A stretch of 64,000 nucleotides of DNA from an uncultured delta proteobacterium (GTDB lineage: Bacteria; Myxococcota; Myxococcia; Myxococcales; Myxococcaceae): contig CAVXCY010000001.1 of the NCBI GenBank assembly GCA_963760425.1, forward strand, positions 46,767 to 110,766. The letters run 5' to 3'. Below are positions 43,738 through 53,371 of this stretch, piece by piece (the stretch's first letter is position 1; each line of letters begins with the position of its first letter). The position numbers were made by a program, and so were the translations under genes. The notes beneath the pieces were generated by a model. It had not been told where the DNA came from, ran no database searches, and was given only the letters and a program-made list of their open reading frames with translations.

Positions 43738-44517
43738 ATGCGGGTTCACGTCTTCTCCGACCTGCATTTCGAGATTTCCGAGCGGACGGCGCCGGAATTC
43801 TTCGCGAGTGAAGGCTGGCACAGCCTCGAGGGCCGCGCCGAGGTCGCCATTCTCGCCGGGGACATTGGGTCGACCCACCCCGCGCGAATCCAGGAGACAC
43901 TCCTCGAGCCGCTCAGGCTGTTCGGCCACCGCTACCGGACGGTGTTCTACGTGCCTGGGAACCACGAGCCGTACGGGACGAGCCTGCAGCAAAGTCAGGC
44001 CCAGCTGCTGCGCCACGTCGTCGACAACGACGAGCTGGCGAACGTGCACCTGCTGTCTGCCGCCCGGGCCGAGGGCACCCCTAAGCTGGACGCCCGCTCC
44101 GTCTACGGCGGCGTGCTCTGGTTCCCGATGACGGCCGAGACGCAAGACCGCATGCGGCAGCGGCTGCTGAACGACTTCCGCCTCATCCAGGACATCGACG
44201 ACGCCCCACGCGAGCACGAACTGGTGGTGGCGAGCCTGCGCGAGCGCGTGTCGCCGGGCGACGTCGTCGTAACGCACCATGGCCCGACCCGCCGGTCTGT
44301 CCCGGCGGAGTTCGAGGAGAGTGTGGTCAACTGCTTCTTCACGACCGACTTGGAGGAGCTCATCCTCGCGCTGAAACCAGCGCTCTGGGTGCACGGCCAC
44401 ACCCACAGCCCCCTGGATTACTGGGTGAGCGAGACCCGCGTCTACGCCAACCCCCTGGGGTACCGGGGGGAGGGCAGCAACCCAGCCTTCTGGCAGCGCG
44501 TCGAAATCGATGTGTGA
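43738..44517 (+). CDS. calcineurin-like metallophosphoesterase
   Basis: SDLHFE, AGDIGS, PGNHEPYG, VTHHGP and HGHTHSP. Confidence 0.8.
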   Translation: MRVHVFSDLHFEISERTAPEFFASEGWHSLEGRAEVAILAGDIGSTHPARIQETLLEPLRLFGHRYRTVFYVPGNHEPYGTSLQQSQAQLLRHVVDNDELANVHLLSAARAEGTPKLDARSVYGGVLWFPMTAETQDRMRQRLLNDFRLIQDIDDAPREHELVVASLRERVSPGDVVVTHHGPTRRSVPAEFEESVVNCFFTTDLEELILALKPALWVHGHTHSPLDYWVSETRVYANPLGYRGEGSNPAFWQRVEIDV

Positions 44518-44552
44518 GACTGTGCCTCGGTCGGCCGGGCGACCACCTGTTG

Positions 44553-45566
44553 TCAGCCTGCCGCCGCGGACAGCCCCTGCGCCAGGGCGCCTTTTGAGAA
44601 GACGCCCCGGTCGAGGACGAGCGACTCGATGAGTGCCACCGGTGTCACGTCGAATGCTGGGTTGAAGACGTCCACGCTGCTGGGGGCCCAGCGCATCGCG
44701 CCGTAGCCGCGGACCTCCGAGGCCGCCCGCTCCTCGATGGGGATTTCGGCACCACTCGCGCAGCCCAGGTCGACCGTCGACCACGGGGCCACCGGGTGAA
44801 AGGGGACGCCATGGTGGCGGGCGACGATGGCCAGGGCGTAGGTACCCACCTTATTGGCGAAGTCGCCATTCCTGGCGATGCGGTCTGCCCCCACCAGCAC
44901 CCGGTGCACCTTGCCGCGGGCGAGGACGCTGGCCGCCATGCCGTCGGTGATGAGGGTGTGCGGGATGCCGAGCCGGCCGAGCTCCCAGGCGGTCAAGCGC
45001 GCACCTTGAAGCAAGGGCCGCGTCTCATCCACCCAGACGTGCACGTTGCGGCCCAACTCATGGGCGCGCCGAATCACGCCCAGCGCGGTCCCGATGCCTG
45101 CCGTCACCAGACCACCGGTGTTGCAGTGGGTGAGGATTCCCTCTCCCGGTGCGATGAGGGCTGCCCCGTGGTCCGCCATGTGCACGCAGAACTGGACGTC
45201 CTGGTCGAAAATGCCCTCGGCCCGCTTCACCAGTTCGCTGACACCTCCGCCCGCGTCGAGTACGGCCCGCATCTGGTCCATCGCCCAGGCCAGGTTGACT
45301 GCGGTTGGCCGGGCCTCGCGCAGGGACGCGCAGGCCTGCTCGAGCTGGGCGCGGGAGGCGCCACACTCGGCGTGGGCGGCCACACTCAACGCCGCCGAGA
45401 CGCCGATGAGGGGTGCCCCGCGGACGCTGAGCCGGCGAATGTGCTCCACCAGCGCAGCCGGAGCGGTTCCGTCGAGCCAGTCTTCGACGTCCGGTAGGCG
45501 TGTCTGGTCCAGGACCAGCACCCGCCCGCCCACCGTCTTCAGCCCGAGCGAGGTCAGGTCTCGCAT
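44553..45566 (-). CDS. mtnA: S-methyl-5-thioribose-1-phosphate isomerase (eIF-2B alpha/beta/delta family)
   Basis: VLDQTRLP, VRGAPLIGV, RPTAVNL, THCNTGGL, VDETRPLLQGARLTAWEL and GADRIARNGD. Confidence 0.9.
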   Translation of the reverse strand: MRDLTSLGLKTVGGRVLVLDQTRLPDVEDWLDGTAPAALVEHIRRLSVRGAPLIGVSAALSVAAHAECGASRAQLEQACASLREARPTAVNLAWAMDQMRAVLDAGGGVSELVKRAEGIFDQDVQFCVHMADHGAALIAPGEGILTHCNTGGLVTAGIGTALGVIRRAHELGRNVHVWVDETRPLLQGARLTAWELGRLGIPHTLITDGMAASVLARGKVHRVLVGADRIARNGDFANKVGTYALAIVARHHGVPFHPVAPWSTVDLGCASGAEIPIEERAASEVRGYGAMRWAPSSVDVFNPAFDVTPVALIESLVLDRGVFSKGALAQGLSAAAG

Positions 45567-45579
45567 GTGGCGCTCGCGG

Positions 45580-46245
45580 TCACAGGAGCTTCGGACCGTG
45601 CTTGGTGCGAAGCGCGTGCAGGGCCCGACGCTCTTGCTCTGGAAGGGGTTTGGCTCCGCCGAGCTCTTGCGCCGCCTTCAGAATGAGTGCGGCGTGTTCC
45701 ACCCGTTCGATGCCGTTGACGGCTTCCTCGAGCGACTCCCCCCACGCCAGCGCGCCGTGTCGGGCAAGCAGCAGCAGTCGGTGTCCAGGCAGGAAGGCCT
45801 CCAGCGCCGTGCCCATCGCCTCGGTCCCTGGCCGGGCATAGGGGACCACCGGAATGCTGCCAGCCGCGAGGATGACCTCGGGCAGCGCATCGGAGGGAAG
45901 CTCGACCAGCTCCGGGTGCGCGAGCGTCCAGGCGATGGCCGTGGGCGGGTGGGCGTGGACCACCACGCGTGCCTCGGGACAGCGCCGGTAGACCGCCAGG
46001 TGCATGGCCCGCTCGCTCGACGGCACGCCGGACACCACCTGGCCGCCCAGCTGCACGCGGGCCAGCTGCTCGGGCCGCAGGTGGTACTTGTTGATGCCGG
46101 CCGGCGTGATGGCGATTCGGTCGAGCCCCAGGCGAAGGGAGATGTTGCCATCGGCCGCCGCGAGCAGATTCCGGTCATGCAACCGACGGCAGGCGTCGCA
46201 GACGGCCTGCAGGGCACTGGTCTCGCTCTGGGAAAGGCTGGGCAC
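45580..46245 (-). CDS. class II aldolase/adducin-family protein (MtnB-like)
   Basis: AAADGNISLR, SSERAMHLAVY and VVHAHPPTAIAW. Adjacent to mtnA. Confidence 0.85.
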   Translation of the reverse strand: MPSLSQSETSALQAVCDACRRLHDRNLLAAADGNISLRLGLDRIAITPAGINKYHLRPEQLARVQLGGQVVSGVPSSERAMHLAVYRRCPEARVVVHAHPPTAIAWTLAHPELVELPSDALPEVILAAGSIPVVPYARPGTEAMGTALEAFLPGHRLLLLARHGALAWGESLEEAVNGIERVEHAALILKAAQELGGAKPLPEQERRALHALRTKHGPKLL

Positions 46246-46339
46246 GCCCCTTGTGCTTGTAGCAAGCCGAAGCGACGGCTGGCGAGCCTAGGCGAACCGG
46301 GCTTGCTCTGGCCCGTGGCGCAGGCAGAGTGGGGGGACG

Positions 46340-47410
46340 ATGGCTCTCTTGGAAGACCAGGTGCGCGACGTCCTGAAGACCGTCCTCTTTCCGGGCCTCC
46401 GTCGGGACATTCTCTCCATTGGCTTCGTGAAGGACCTCATCGTGGAGGCAGGAGACGTTCGTTTCCGCTTGGTGCTGAGCGCCGACGCCCAGCATGCGGC
46501 CAACGTCATCCAGGCCGAGTGCGAGAAGAAGTTGCTGCCTCTCGTCACTCCAGGCCGGCTGACCATCCAGGTGGACCTCGTCCCGCGGGTCCTGGCCCAG
46601 CGGCCCGTCCCTGCGCCGACGGCAGTCGATGCCTCGGCGCAGGCGAGACTGGCGCAAATCCGCTTCAAGGTCGCCGTCGCCTCTGGGAAAGGTGGTGTCG
46701 GCAAGTCCACCGTCACCGCCAACCTCGCCGTGGCTCTCGCCCAGCTCGGCTACAAGGTGGGCCTGATGGACCTCGACATCTACGGTCCTTCCCAGCAGAT
46801 GATGATGGGCATTGCCGAGAAGCCCTTCGTGGATGCCGAGGACAGCCTGCTTCAGCCGCAAATGCGTCACCGGGTGCGGGTGGCCACGCTGGGGGCGTTG
46901 ATGGAGGTCGACCAGCCGGCGGTCTGGCGTGGTCCAATGGTGATGAAGGCGGTCGAGCAACTGCTCACCGGGGTGCGCTGGGGTCTGCTCGACTTCCTCA
47001 TCGCCGACCTTCCCCCAGGAACCGGCGACGTCCAGCTCACACTGACTCAGAAGGCGGCGCTGTCGGGCGCCGTCATCGTGACCACGCCGCAGGACGTGGC
47101 CCTGGTGGACGCCCGGAAGGGGCTGGCCATGTTTCAGAAGGTGGGCGTGCGTGTTCTCGGGTTGGTGGAGAACATGGCCTCGTATGTGTGCTCGGCATGC
47201 GGGCACGTCGACCACCCGTTCAAGCACGGCGGTGGCCGCTCGACTGCTGAGCGGCTGTCCATTCCCTTCCTAGGAGAGATTCCCCTCCACCCGCGCATCG
47301 TCGAGGGAGGGGATGCGGGCACGCCCATCGTCGAGCTGGAGCCCGATTGCGCCGCAGCGCAGGCCTTCGTCGCCGCCGCGCGGGCCGTCGCCGCCGCCGT
47401 GGGGGCTTGA
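46340..47410 (+). CDS. apbC: Mrp/NBP35-family iron-sulfur cluster carrier ATPase
   Basis: N-terminal DUF59-like domain, deviant Walker A VASGKGGVGKST and the CxxC pair YVCSACGH. Confidence 0.92.
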   Translation: MALLEDQVRDVLKTVLFPGLRRDILSIGFVKDLIVEAGDVRFRLVLSADAQHAANVIQAECEKKLLPLVTPGRLTIQVDLVPRVLAQRPVPAPTAVDASAQARLAQIRFKVAVASGKGGVGKSTVTANLAVALAQLGYKVGLMDLDIYGPSQQMMMGIAEKPFVDAEDSLLQPQMRHRVRVATLGALMEVDQPAVWRGPMVMKAVEQLLTGVRWGLLDFLIADLPPGTGDVQLTLTQKAALSGAVIVTTPQDVALVDARKGLAMFQKVGVRVLGLVENMASYVCSACGHVDHPFKHGGGRSTAERLSIPFLGEIPLHPRIVEGGDAGTPIVELEPDCAAAQAFVAAARAVAAAVGA

Positions 47411-47501
47411 CGCAAAGCGGCATGGTGTCTGGATGCCTTGACAGTTCCGCTTCGCAGTTTCAGTGTACGTGCCTCTTCTCCAAGCGCCCTGGAGGTTCGC
47501 G

Positions 47502-50500
47502 ATGCAGATGCAACGCCGGACGTTTCTCAAGGGAACCGCGGCCGCAGGCGTCGGGCTGGCCTTCTTTGACCTGTCCGAGGCGCGCGCCGAATTGCGGCTG
47601 CTGAAGATAGCCAAGACCACCGAGACCCGGAGTACTTGCCCCTACTGCGCGGTCTCCTGCGGCGTCATCATTCACACGGCCGGCGATAAGGCGAAGAACG
47701 TCGTCCCCGCGGTCGTGTACGTCGAAGGGGACCCGGACCATCCCATCAACCGCGGGACGCTCTGTCCCAAGGGTTCGACGCTTCGTGCCGACATCAGCAA
47801 CCCGAAGCGTTTGACAGTCCCCCAGGTTCGCCGTCCGGGCTCCGACCACTGGGAAGAGATTTCCTGGGACGAGGCCATCAAGAAGATTGCCCGGAACATC
47901 AAGGACACCCGGGACCGTACTTTCGTCGCCAAGAACGCCAAGGGCCAGGTGGTCAACCGTACCCCCGGCATTGCCGTGATTGGCGGCTGCACGGACACCA
48001 ACGAGTTTAACTTCCTCCAAGACAAGTTCATCGAAGGCTTGGGGGTGGTGTATCGAGACAGTCAAGCTCGAGTATGACACGGTCCAACGGTGGCCAGTTT
48101 GGCCGCCACGTTCGGTCGCGGGGCGATGACCAATGGGTGGGTCGACATCAAGAACGCCGATGTCATCCTCGCCATGGGCGGGAATCCGGCTGAGAACCAT
48201 CCCTGCGGTTTCAAGTGGGCCATCGAAGCGAAGAAGGTGCGCAACGCCAAGCTGGTGGTGGTCGACCCGCGCTTCACCCGGACCGCCGCGGTGGCCGACG
48301 TCTATGCCCAGCTGCGTCCGGGAACGGACATCGCGTTTCTCAACGGCATCATCCGGTACGCCATCGAGACCAAGCGTTTCCACGAGGACTACGTCAAGCT
48401 CTTCACCAACGCCCCATACATCATCAGCGAGAAGTTCGGATTCGATGAGGGTCTGTTCAGCGGATGGGACGACACCACGAAGAGCTACGACAAGGCCGCG
48501 TGGGCCTATCAGCCGAACCCGACCACCAACGCGTACGACGTCGACCCAACGCTTCAGCATCCGCGCTGTGTCTTCCAGCTTTTGAAGAAGCACGTCGACC
48601 GCTACACGCCGGAGATGGTGGAGCGGTTAACGGGGACCCCCAAGGAGACGTTTCTCAACGTCGCCAAAGTGGTCACTTCCACTGGGAACGCCGAGCGAGT
48701 CGGGACGGTCACCTACGCCCTCGGCTGGACCCAGCACTCGGTGGGCGTGCAGATGATTCGCGCGGCCGCGACCCTCCAGCTGCTGCTCGGCAACGTCGGG
48801 AGACCAGGCGGCGGAGTCAATGCCCTGCGAGGGCACTCAAATATTCAAGGTGCCACCGACATGGGCGGCACGTTCGAGATTCTGTCGGGCTACCTCGCAA
48901 CGCCTCGCAGCGAGCTTCCAGACCTCGAAACATATCTGCAAAAGGTTGTGCCGAAGACGCTCAACGGCGAACCGTGGCCGTCGATGAATTACTGGCAGAA
49001 CTACCCGAAGTTCATGGTCTCACTGCTGAAGGCTTTTTACGGCAAGGCCGCGACCAAGGAGAACGACTTCGGCTACTCGTGGCTTCCGAAGACAGACGGC
49101 AATTACTCCTGGATGTACCTCTTCGACGAGATGTACCGCGGTAGCTCCAACCGCGCAGGGGGTGTCGAGCCGGGTCCTGAGGGCCTTATCACCGCTGGGA
49201 TGAATCCGGCGGGCATCGGGCCCAATGCGCCAAAGATGATTGCGGCGCTCTCGAAGCTCAAGTGGCTGTTGGTGATCGAAAACTACGAGATCGAGACCGC
49301 CGCCTTTTGGAAGGCGCCGCCCGAGTATGGCGGGGCCCCTCCAGCGGAAATCCAAACGGAGGTGTTCCAGCTTCCCGCCACGGGCTTTGCCGAGAAGGAC
49401 GGAAGCTTTACCAATTCAGCGCGCTGGATTCAGTGGAAGTGGAAGGCGCTCGACCCCCCTGGCCACGCGAAGTCCGACCAGGAGATTCTTGCACGGATTT
49501 TCCTAGCCGTCCGAGACCTCTACAAGAAAGAGGGTGGGGCCCTGCCAGAGGCGGTCCTCAACATCGCGTGGAATTACACCAACCCGTTGAACCCCGACCT
49601 GTCGGAGGTCCTGCGCGAGATTAACGGCAAGGCGCTAGAAGACCTCTTCGAGCCGCCCAAGGACCCGAAGGACCCCAAGGAGCCGAAGAAGCTCATCAGG
49701 GCGGCGGGGCAACAGCTCGACTCGTTCGGACAGCTGCGCGCCGACGGCTCCACCAGCTGTGGCAACTGGCTCTACACCGGCTGCTACACCGAGGCCGGCA
49801 ACAACACCCAGCGCCGCAACACCGCCGACCCGAGCGGGCTAGGCATGTACCACCAGTGGGCCTTCAGCTGGCCCGCCAATCGCCGCGTCATGTACAACCG
49901 TGCCTCTGCCGACGCGGCCGGGAAGGCTTGGGACCCAACCCGCCCTGGCATCCAGTGGAATGGCGAGAAGTGGGGTGGCCCCGATGTCCCAGACATGGCG
50001 CCAGATGCTCCCCCGGGAAAGTTTGGAGCATTCATCATGCTCCCGGAGGGCTCTGGTCGGCTCTTCGCTCCCGTGCTCGCGGACGGCCCCTTCCCCGAGC
50101 ACTACGAAGCCATCGAAGCGGCCATCCAGAATCCGCTTCACCCGAAGGTGACGTCCAATCCGGCGAGCAGGCGATTCAGCACCAAGCTGGACAAGTACGG
50201 GACGGTGGCCGAGTACCCCATTGTGTGTTCCACCTACCGTCTCACCGAGATGTACCACTACTGGACGAAGAACACGGAGCGACTCAACCAGCTCCAGCCA
50301 GGCTTCTTCGTCGAGTTGCCAGAGCAGCTCGCCAAGGAGAAGGGCATCGCCAACGGTGAGCAGGTGCGTGTCATCTCCGCCCGAGGCGAAGTGCAAGGCG
50401 TGGCGATGGTCACCAAGCGACTGAGTCCAATGGTGGTCGACGGCAAACCGCTTTGGCACATCGGCTTCCCCATCCACTGGGGCTACACAGGTGACAAGGG

Positions 50501-50621
50501 GCACCTGGGCCCCCTCGCGAACATGCTGACGCCCTCGGCGATGGACGCCAACACCTGGACGCCCGAGTACAAGACTTTCCTGGTGCGGATCGAAAAAGGC
50601 CAACCCCTGAGGACGACGTGA
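47502..50621 (+). CDS. fdnG: formate dehydrogenase-N-type catalytic subunit, Tat-exported selenoprotein (in-frame UGA)
   Basis: Twin-arginine signal MQMQRRTFLKGTAAAGVGLAFF. Fe-S motif CPYCAVSCG. ORFs 47463..48077 and 48090..50621 are in the same frame and are joined by the TGA at 48075-48077, inside ARV-U-HGPTVASLAATFGRGAMTN, which matches the Sec context of E. coli FdnG/FdoG. Confidence 0.93.
48075..48077 (+). other. selenocysteine (UGA) codon of fdnG
   Basis: In-frame TGA at the position of the catalytic Sec of FdnG/FdoG. Confidence 0.85.
48087..48111 (+). promoter_or_regulatory. candidate SECIS hairpin
   Basis: Starts 10 nt after the UGA. GGUGGCC-AGUUU-GGCCGCC (7 bp including one G-U), extended by AC/GU after a 2-nt bulge. 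Folded by eye only. Confidence 0.4.
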
Positions 50622-50633
50622 GGAGGGACAACG

Positions 50634-51509
50634 ATGCCCATCCAAGGCCTTGAAGTCCTCCAGTCGTCCGCCTCCCTCCGGGGCCAAAACACCGGCTTGC
50701 GCGTGCTGGAGAAGGTGTCGAAGTACATCGACACCTCGACCTGCATCGGCTGCAAGGCCTGTGAAGTCGCCTGCCAGGAGTGGAATGACTTGCCGGTCGC
50801 CTCCACCCAGCAGGTGGGCACCTACCAGACGCTGCCCACGCTTCAGGCGGATTTTTGGAACCTGATTCGCTTCAACGAGATGGAGTTCGAGGGCGGACTG
50901 GCCTGGCTGATGCGCAAGGACCAGTGCATGCACTGCGCAGACCCGGGCTGTCTCGAAGCGTGTCCGGCGCCGGGGGCCATCGTCCAGTACGCCAACGGCA
51001 TCGTCGACGTCAATTCCGAGAACTGCATCGGTTGCGGCCTGTGCGAGACGGGCTGTCCCTTCGACGTTCCGCGCTTCTCCGCCAAAACCGGGAAGATGTC
51101 GAAGTGTACGCTGTGCGTTGACCGGGTGGACTCGGGGCTGGAGCCGGCCTGCATCAAAGCCTGCCCCACCGGCTGCCTCCACTTCGGCACCAAGGAAGAC
51201 ATGGTGGAGCTGGGCAAGGCCCGGGTGAAGCAGCTCCAGGCCAACGGCTTCGCCAATGCCATGCTCTACGACCCACCCGGCGTCGGTGGCACCGGTGTCG
51301 TCACCGTGCTCGCGCACGGGGACAAGCCCGAGCTCTACGGCCTGCCCAAGGACCCACGCGTGCCGCTCTCAGTGACGTTCAGCAAGCGCGTCCTCAAGCC
51401 GCTTGGCATCTTCGCCATCGGCGCGACGCTGGTTGGACTGTTCACGCACTACGTCAGAACGGGTCCCAAGAAGCCCCACGACGACAACCCTCCCCGGACT
51501 GGAGGCTGA
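50634..51509 (+). CDS. fdnH: formate dehydrogenase iron-sulfur (beta) subunit
   Basis: Four ferredoxin-type clusters: CIGCKACEVAC, CMHCADPGCLEAC, CIGCGLCETGC and CTLCVDR..CIKAC. C-terminal TM anchor. Confidence 0.93.
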   Translation: MPIQGLEVLQSSASLRGQNTGLRVLEKVSKYIDTSTCIGCKACEVACQEWNDLPVASTQQVGTYQTLPTLQADFWNLIRFNEMEFEGGLAWLMRKDQCMHCADPGCLEACPAPGAIVQYANGIVDVNSENCIGCGLCETGCPFDVPRFSAKTGKMSKCTLCVDRVDSGLEPACIKACPTGCLHFGTKEDMVELGKARVKQLQANGFANAMLYDPPGVGGTGVVTVLAHGDKPELYGLPKDPRVPLSVTFSKRVLKPLGIFAIGATLVGLFTHYVRTGPKKPHDDNPPRTGG

Positions 51510-51511
51510 CC

Positions 51512-52213
51512 ATGGCTCACGTCGTCTCGCCACCCAACGTCGGACACGCGGACGCAGCCGTTGCGGTCGCCCGGACCGTGGAGGATGTAGAAGTCGGCAA
51601 CCGGCTTGTTCGCCACACGCTGGCCACCCGCCTTATGCACTGGCTGGTGGGGACGAGCTTCATCCTCAGCTTTCTCACGGGGATGCCCATCTGGACGCCC
51701 ATTTTTGGCTGGATGGCGCCGCTCTTCGGTGGCCTCGCGGTGTGCCGATGGCTCCACCCGTTCCTCGGCGTGCTGTTCTCGGTCGGCCTCCTGTGGATGG
51801 CGGCCAGTTGGTGGAGCCAGATGGTGATGTCGGCGAGCGACCGGGAATGGCTCAGTCCCGCTTACTTCGCCAAGTACCTCCGCTTCGAGTCGAGCGACCC
51901 GGAAACTGGGAAATACAACGGCGGGCAGAAGGCGCTGTTCTGGATGGCACTCCTCGGCGGCGTGGCGCTTTTCCTCTCCGGCCTGGTGCTCTGGTTCCCG
52001 GGCGTCTTTCCCCAGGGCCTCCGAGAACTGTCCTGGCTTCTCCACGACGTGGCCTTCATCGCCTTTTTCCTCCTCATCATCGGGCACGTCTATTTGGCCA
52101 TTGCTGAGCCAGGGACGTTCGAGTCGATGGTGGACGGAACGGTGAGCAAGCCCTGGGCCAGGCTTCACCACCCCCGTTGGTACCGTGACGTGACGGGTGA
52201 CCAGCGAAAGTAA
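51512..52213 (+). CDS. fdnI: formate dehydrogenase cytochrome b556 (gamma) subunit
   Basis: Four TM helices with conserved His (RLMHWLV, LHPFLG, LLHDVAF, IGHVYLA). Position right after fdnH. Confidence 0.88.
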   Translation: MAHVVSPPNVGHADAAVAVARTVEDVEVGNRLVRHTLATRLMHWLVGTSFILSFLTGMPIWTPIFGWMAPLFGGLAVCRWLHPFLGVLFSVGLLWMAASWWSQMVMSASDREWLSPAYFAKYLRFESSDPETGKYNGGQKALFWMALLGGVALFLSGLVLWFPGVFPQGLRELSWLLHDVAFIAFFLLIIGHVYLAIAEPGTFESMVDGTVSKPWARLHHPRWYRDVTGDQRK

Positions 52214-53006
52214 GTCACCCGTTTCCGTCGCGTTCCGTCGGGCTGCCGAACGAGCTGAGGCGCTCGCCCGGTCGAGCAACGTTGCGGCAGAACCCCTTCA
52301 GTTTGCCGCCGGGCTGTACCGCGTCCAGGGCGAGGTGGCGGCCGCCATTCAGGCGTTGCATGCCAAGCGTCCGCTCACCGGACGCCTGGAGGCCGATGGC
52401 AGCCGCCTGGTGGAGCCACTCCGTGCCGTGCACCGGTACGCCGCCGAGGTCGCCCCACCCACCCTCGCAGCGGTGGCTCGCGAACGCCTGTCGGAGCTTC
52501 CCGAAGTGGCGCAGGCGCGGCTAAGCGTCTACTGGAACGGCACTCGGGACGACCGGGAAGACTTCCTTTCCCGGGCCGCGCTTCGCCCCTACGTCGAGGT
52601 GCTGGTCCGGAACAAGGTGCCAGTGGACCGGCCGAAGGGCGGACGGCTCTGTCCTCACTGCGGCGGCCAGCCGTGGGTTGCCGCCCGGCGTCCGATTCCC
52701 AACAGCCACGGAGCCCAGCGCATGCTCCTCTGCGCCCTGTGCGGGAGCGAGTGGCTGGTGAACCGAATCCTGTGTCCGGCGTGTGGGGAGGAGGACCCGG
52801 ACAAGCTGCCGGCCTTCAACACGGAGCGGTACCCGACCGCCCGCATCGAGGCGTGCGAGACCTGCCACCGTTACCTCAAATCCATCGACCTCTCAGTGGA
52901 CGGCCGCGCGATTCCCGAGATGGACGACCTGGTCTCGGTAGGCCTGGACCTCTGGGCTGCGGAACAAGGCTTCGCGCGCATCGAGCGCGGACTGGCGGGC
53001 GTCTAG
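52197..53006 (+). CDS. fdhE: formate dehydrogenase accessory protein FdhE
   Basis: Four CxxC pairs: CPHCGG, CALCGSEW, CPACGE and CETCHRYLK. The GTG start overlaps fdnI by 17 nt. Confidence 0.88.
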   Translation: MTSESKSPVSVAFRRAAERAEALARSSNVAAEPLQFAAGLYRVQGEVAAAIQALHAKRPLTGRLEADGSRLVEPLRAVHRYAAEVAPPTLAAVARERLSELPEVAQARLSVYWNGTRDDREDFLSRAALRPYVEVLVRNKVPVDRPKGGRLCPHCGGQPWVAARRPIPNSHGAQRMLLCALCGSEWLVNRILCPACGEEDPDKLPAFNTERYPTARIEACETCHRYLKSIDLSVDGRAIPEMDDLVSVGLDLWAAEQGFARIERGLAGV

Positions 53007-53009
53007 CAG

Positions 53010-53309
53010 TTAGCCCAGCTGCGGATGGTTCAAGTTCGAATCCGAAGGCGCTTTCGGGACGAGGGCCCGGTAAGCGGCATCCAATGTGTCCTGGGCCCAG
53101 CCGAGGAAGATGCCCTCCCCGCGGAACACGGCACCGACGTTGGTCTCCACCAGGACGATGGCCCCGGGGCCATTCGGCGTTTCGACAGACATTCTCCACG
53201 CGGCCAGGGTCACTCGCCCTTCTCGCGTCCGCGCGGGAACCCGCTCCGGTGCTGAGGCAGTGGCACCCTCGAGGCCTGGAACCGCTTTCGGTTCTGTTGG
53301 CGTTGGCAT
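53010..53309 (-). CDS. hypothetical protein (weak call)
   Basis: 99-aa ORF downstream of mvaS on the same strand. Decent G/C3 bias only in its central part (AIVLVETNVGAVFRGEGIFLGWAQD). No family recognised. Confidence 0.35.
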   Translation of the reverse strand: MPTPTEPKAVPGLEGATASAPERVPARTREGRVTLAAWRMSVETPNGPGAIVLVETNVGAVFRGEGIFLGWAQDTLDAAYRALVPKAPSDSNLNHPQLG

Positions 53310-53371
53310 GTGTGAGGCCGACGCTACGCCCTTGACGCTGAGCACGCCAGAACAAGTCCCCACTGCCTCCG

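Noticed and set aside
47439-47466. TTGACA hexamer upstream of fdnG as a sigma-70 promoter
   Set aside because: The -35 match is good, but no acceptable -10 hexamer lies at 16-19 bp spacing (only cagtgt/agtgta). Evidence is insufficient.
47463-50621. Formate dehydrogenase alpha subunit as two separate genes (47463..48077 and 48090..50621), or as a nonsense pseudogene
   Set aside because: Both ORFs are in the same frame and the TGA falls exactly at the conserved Sec position. A single selenoprotein gene is the better reading.
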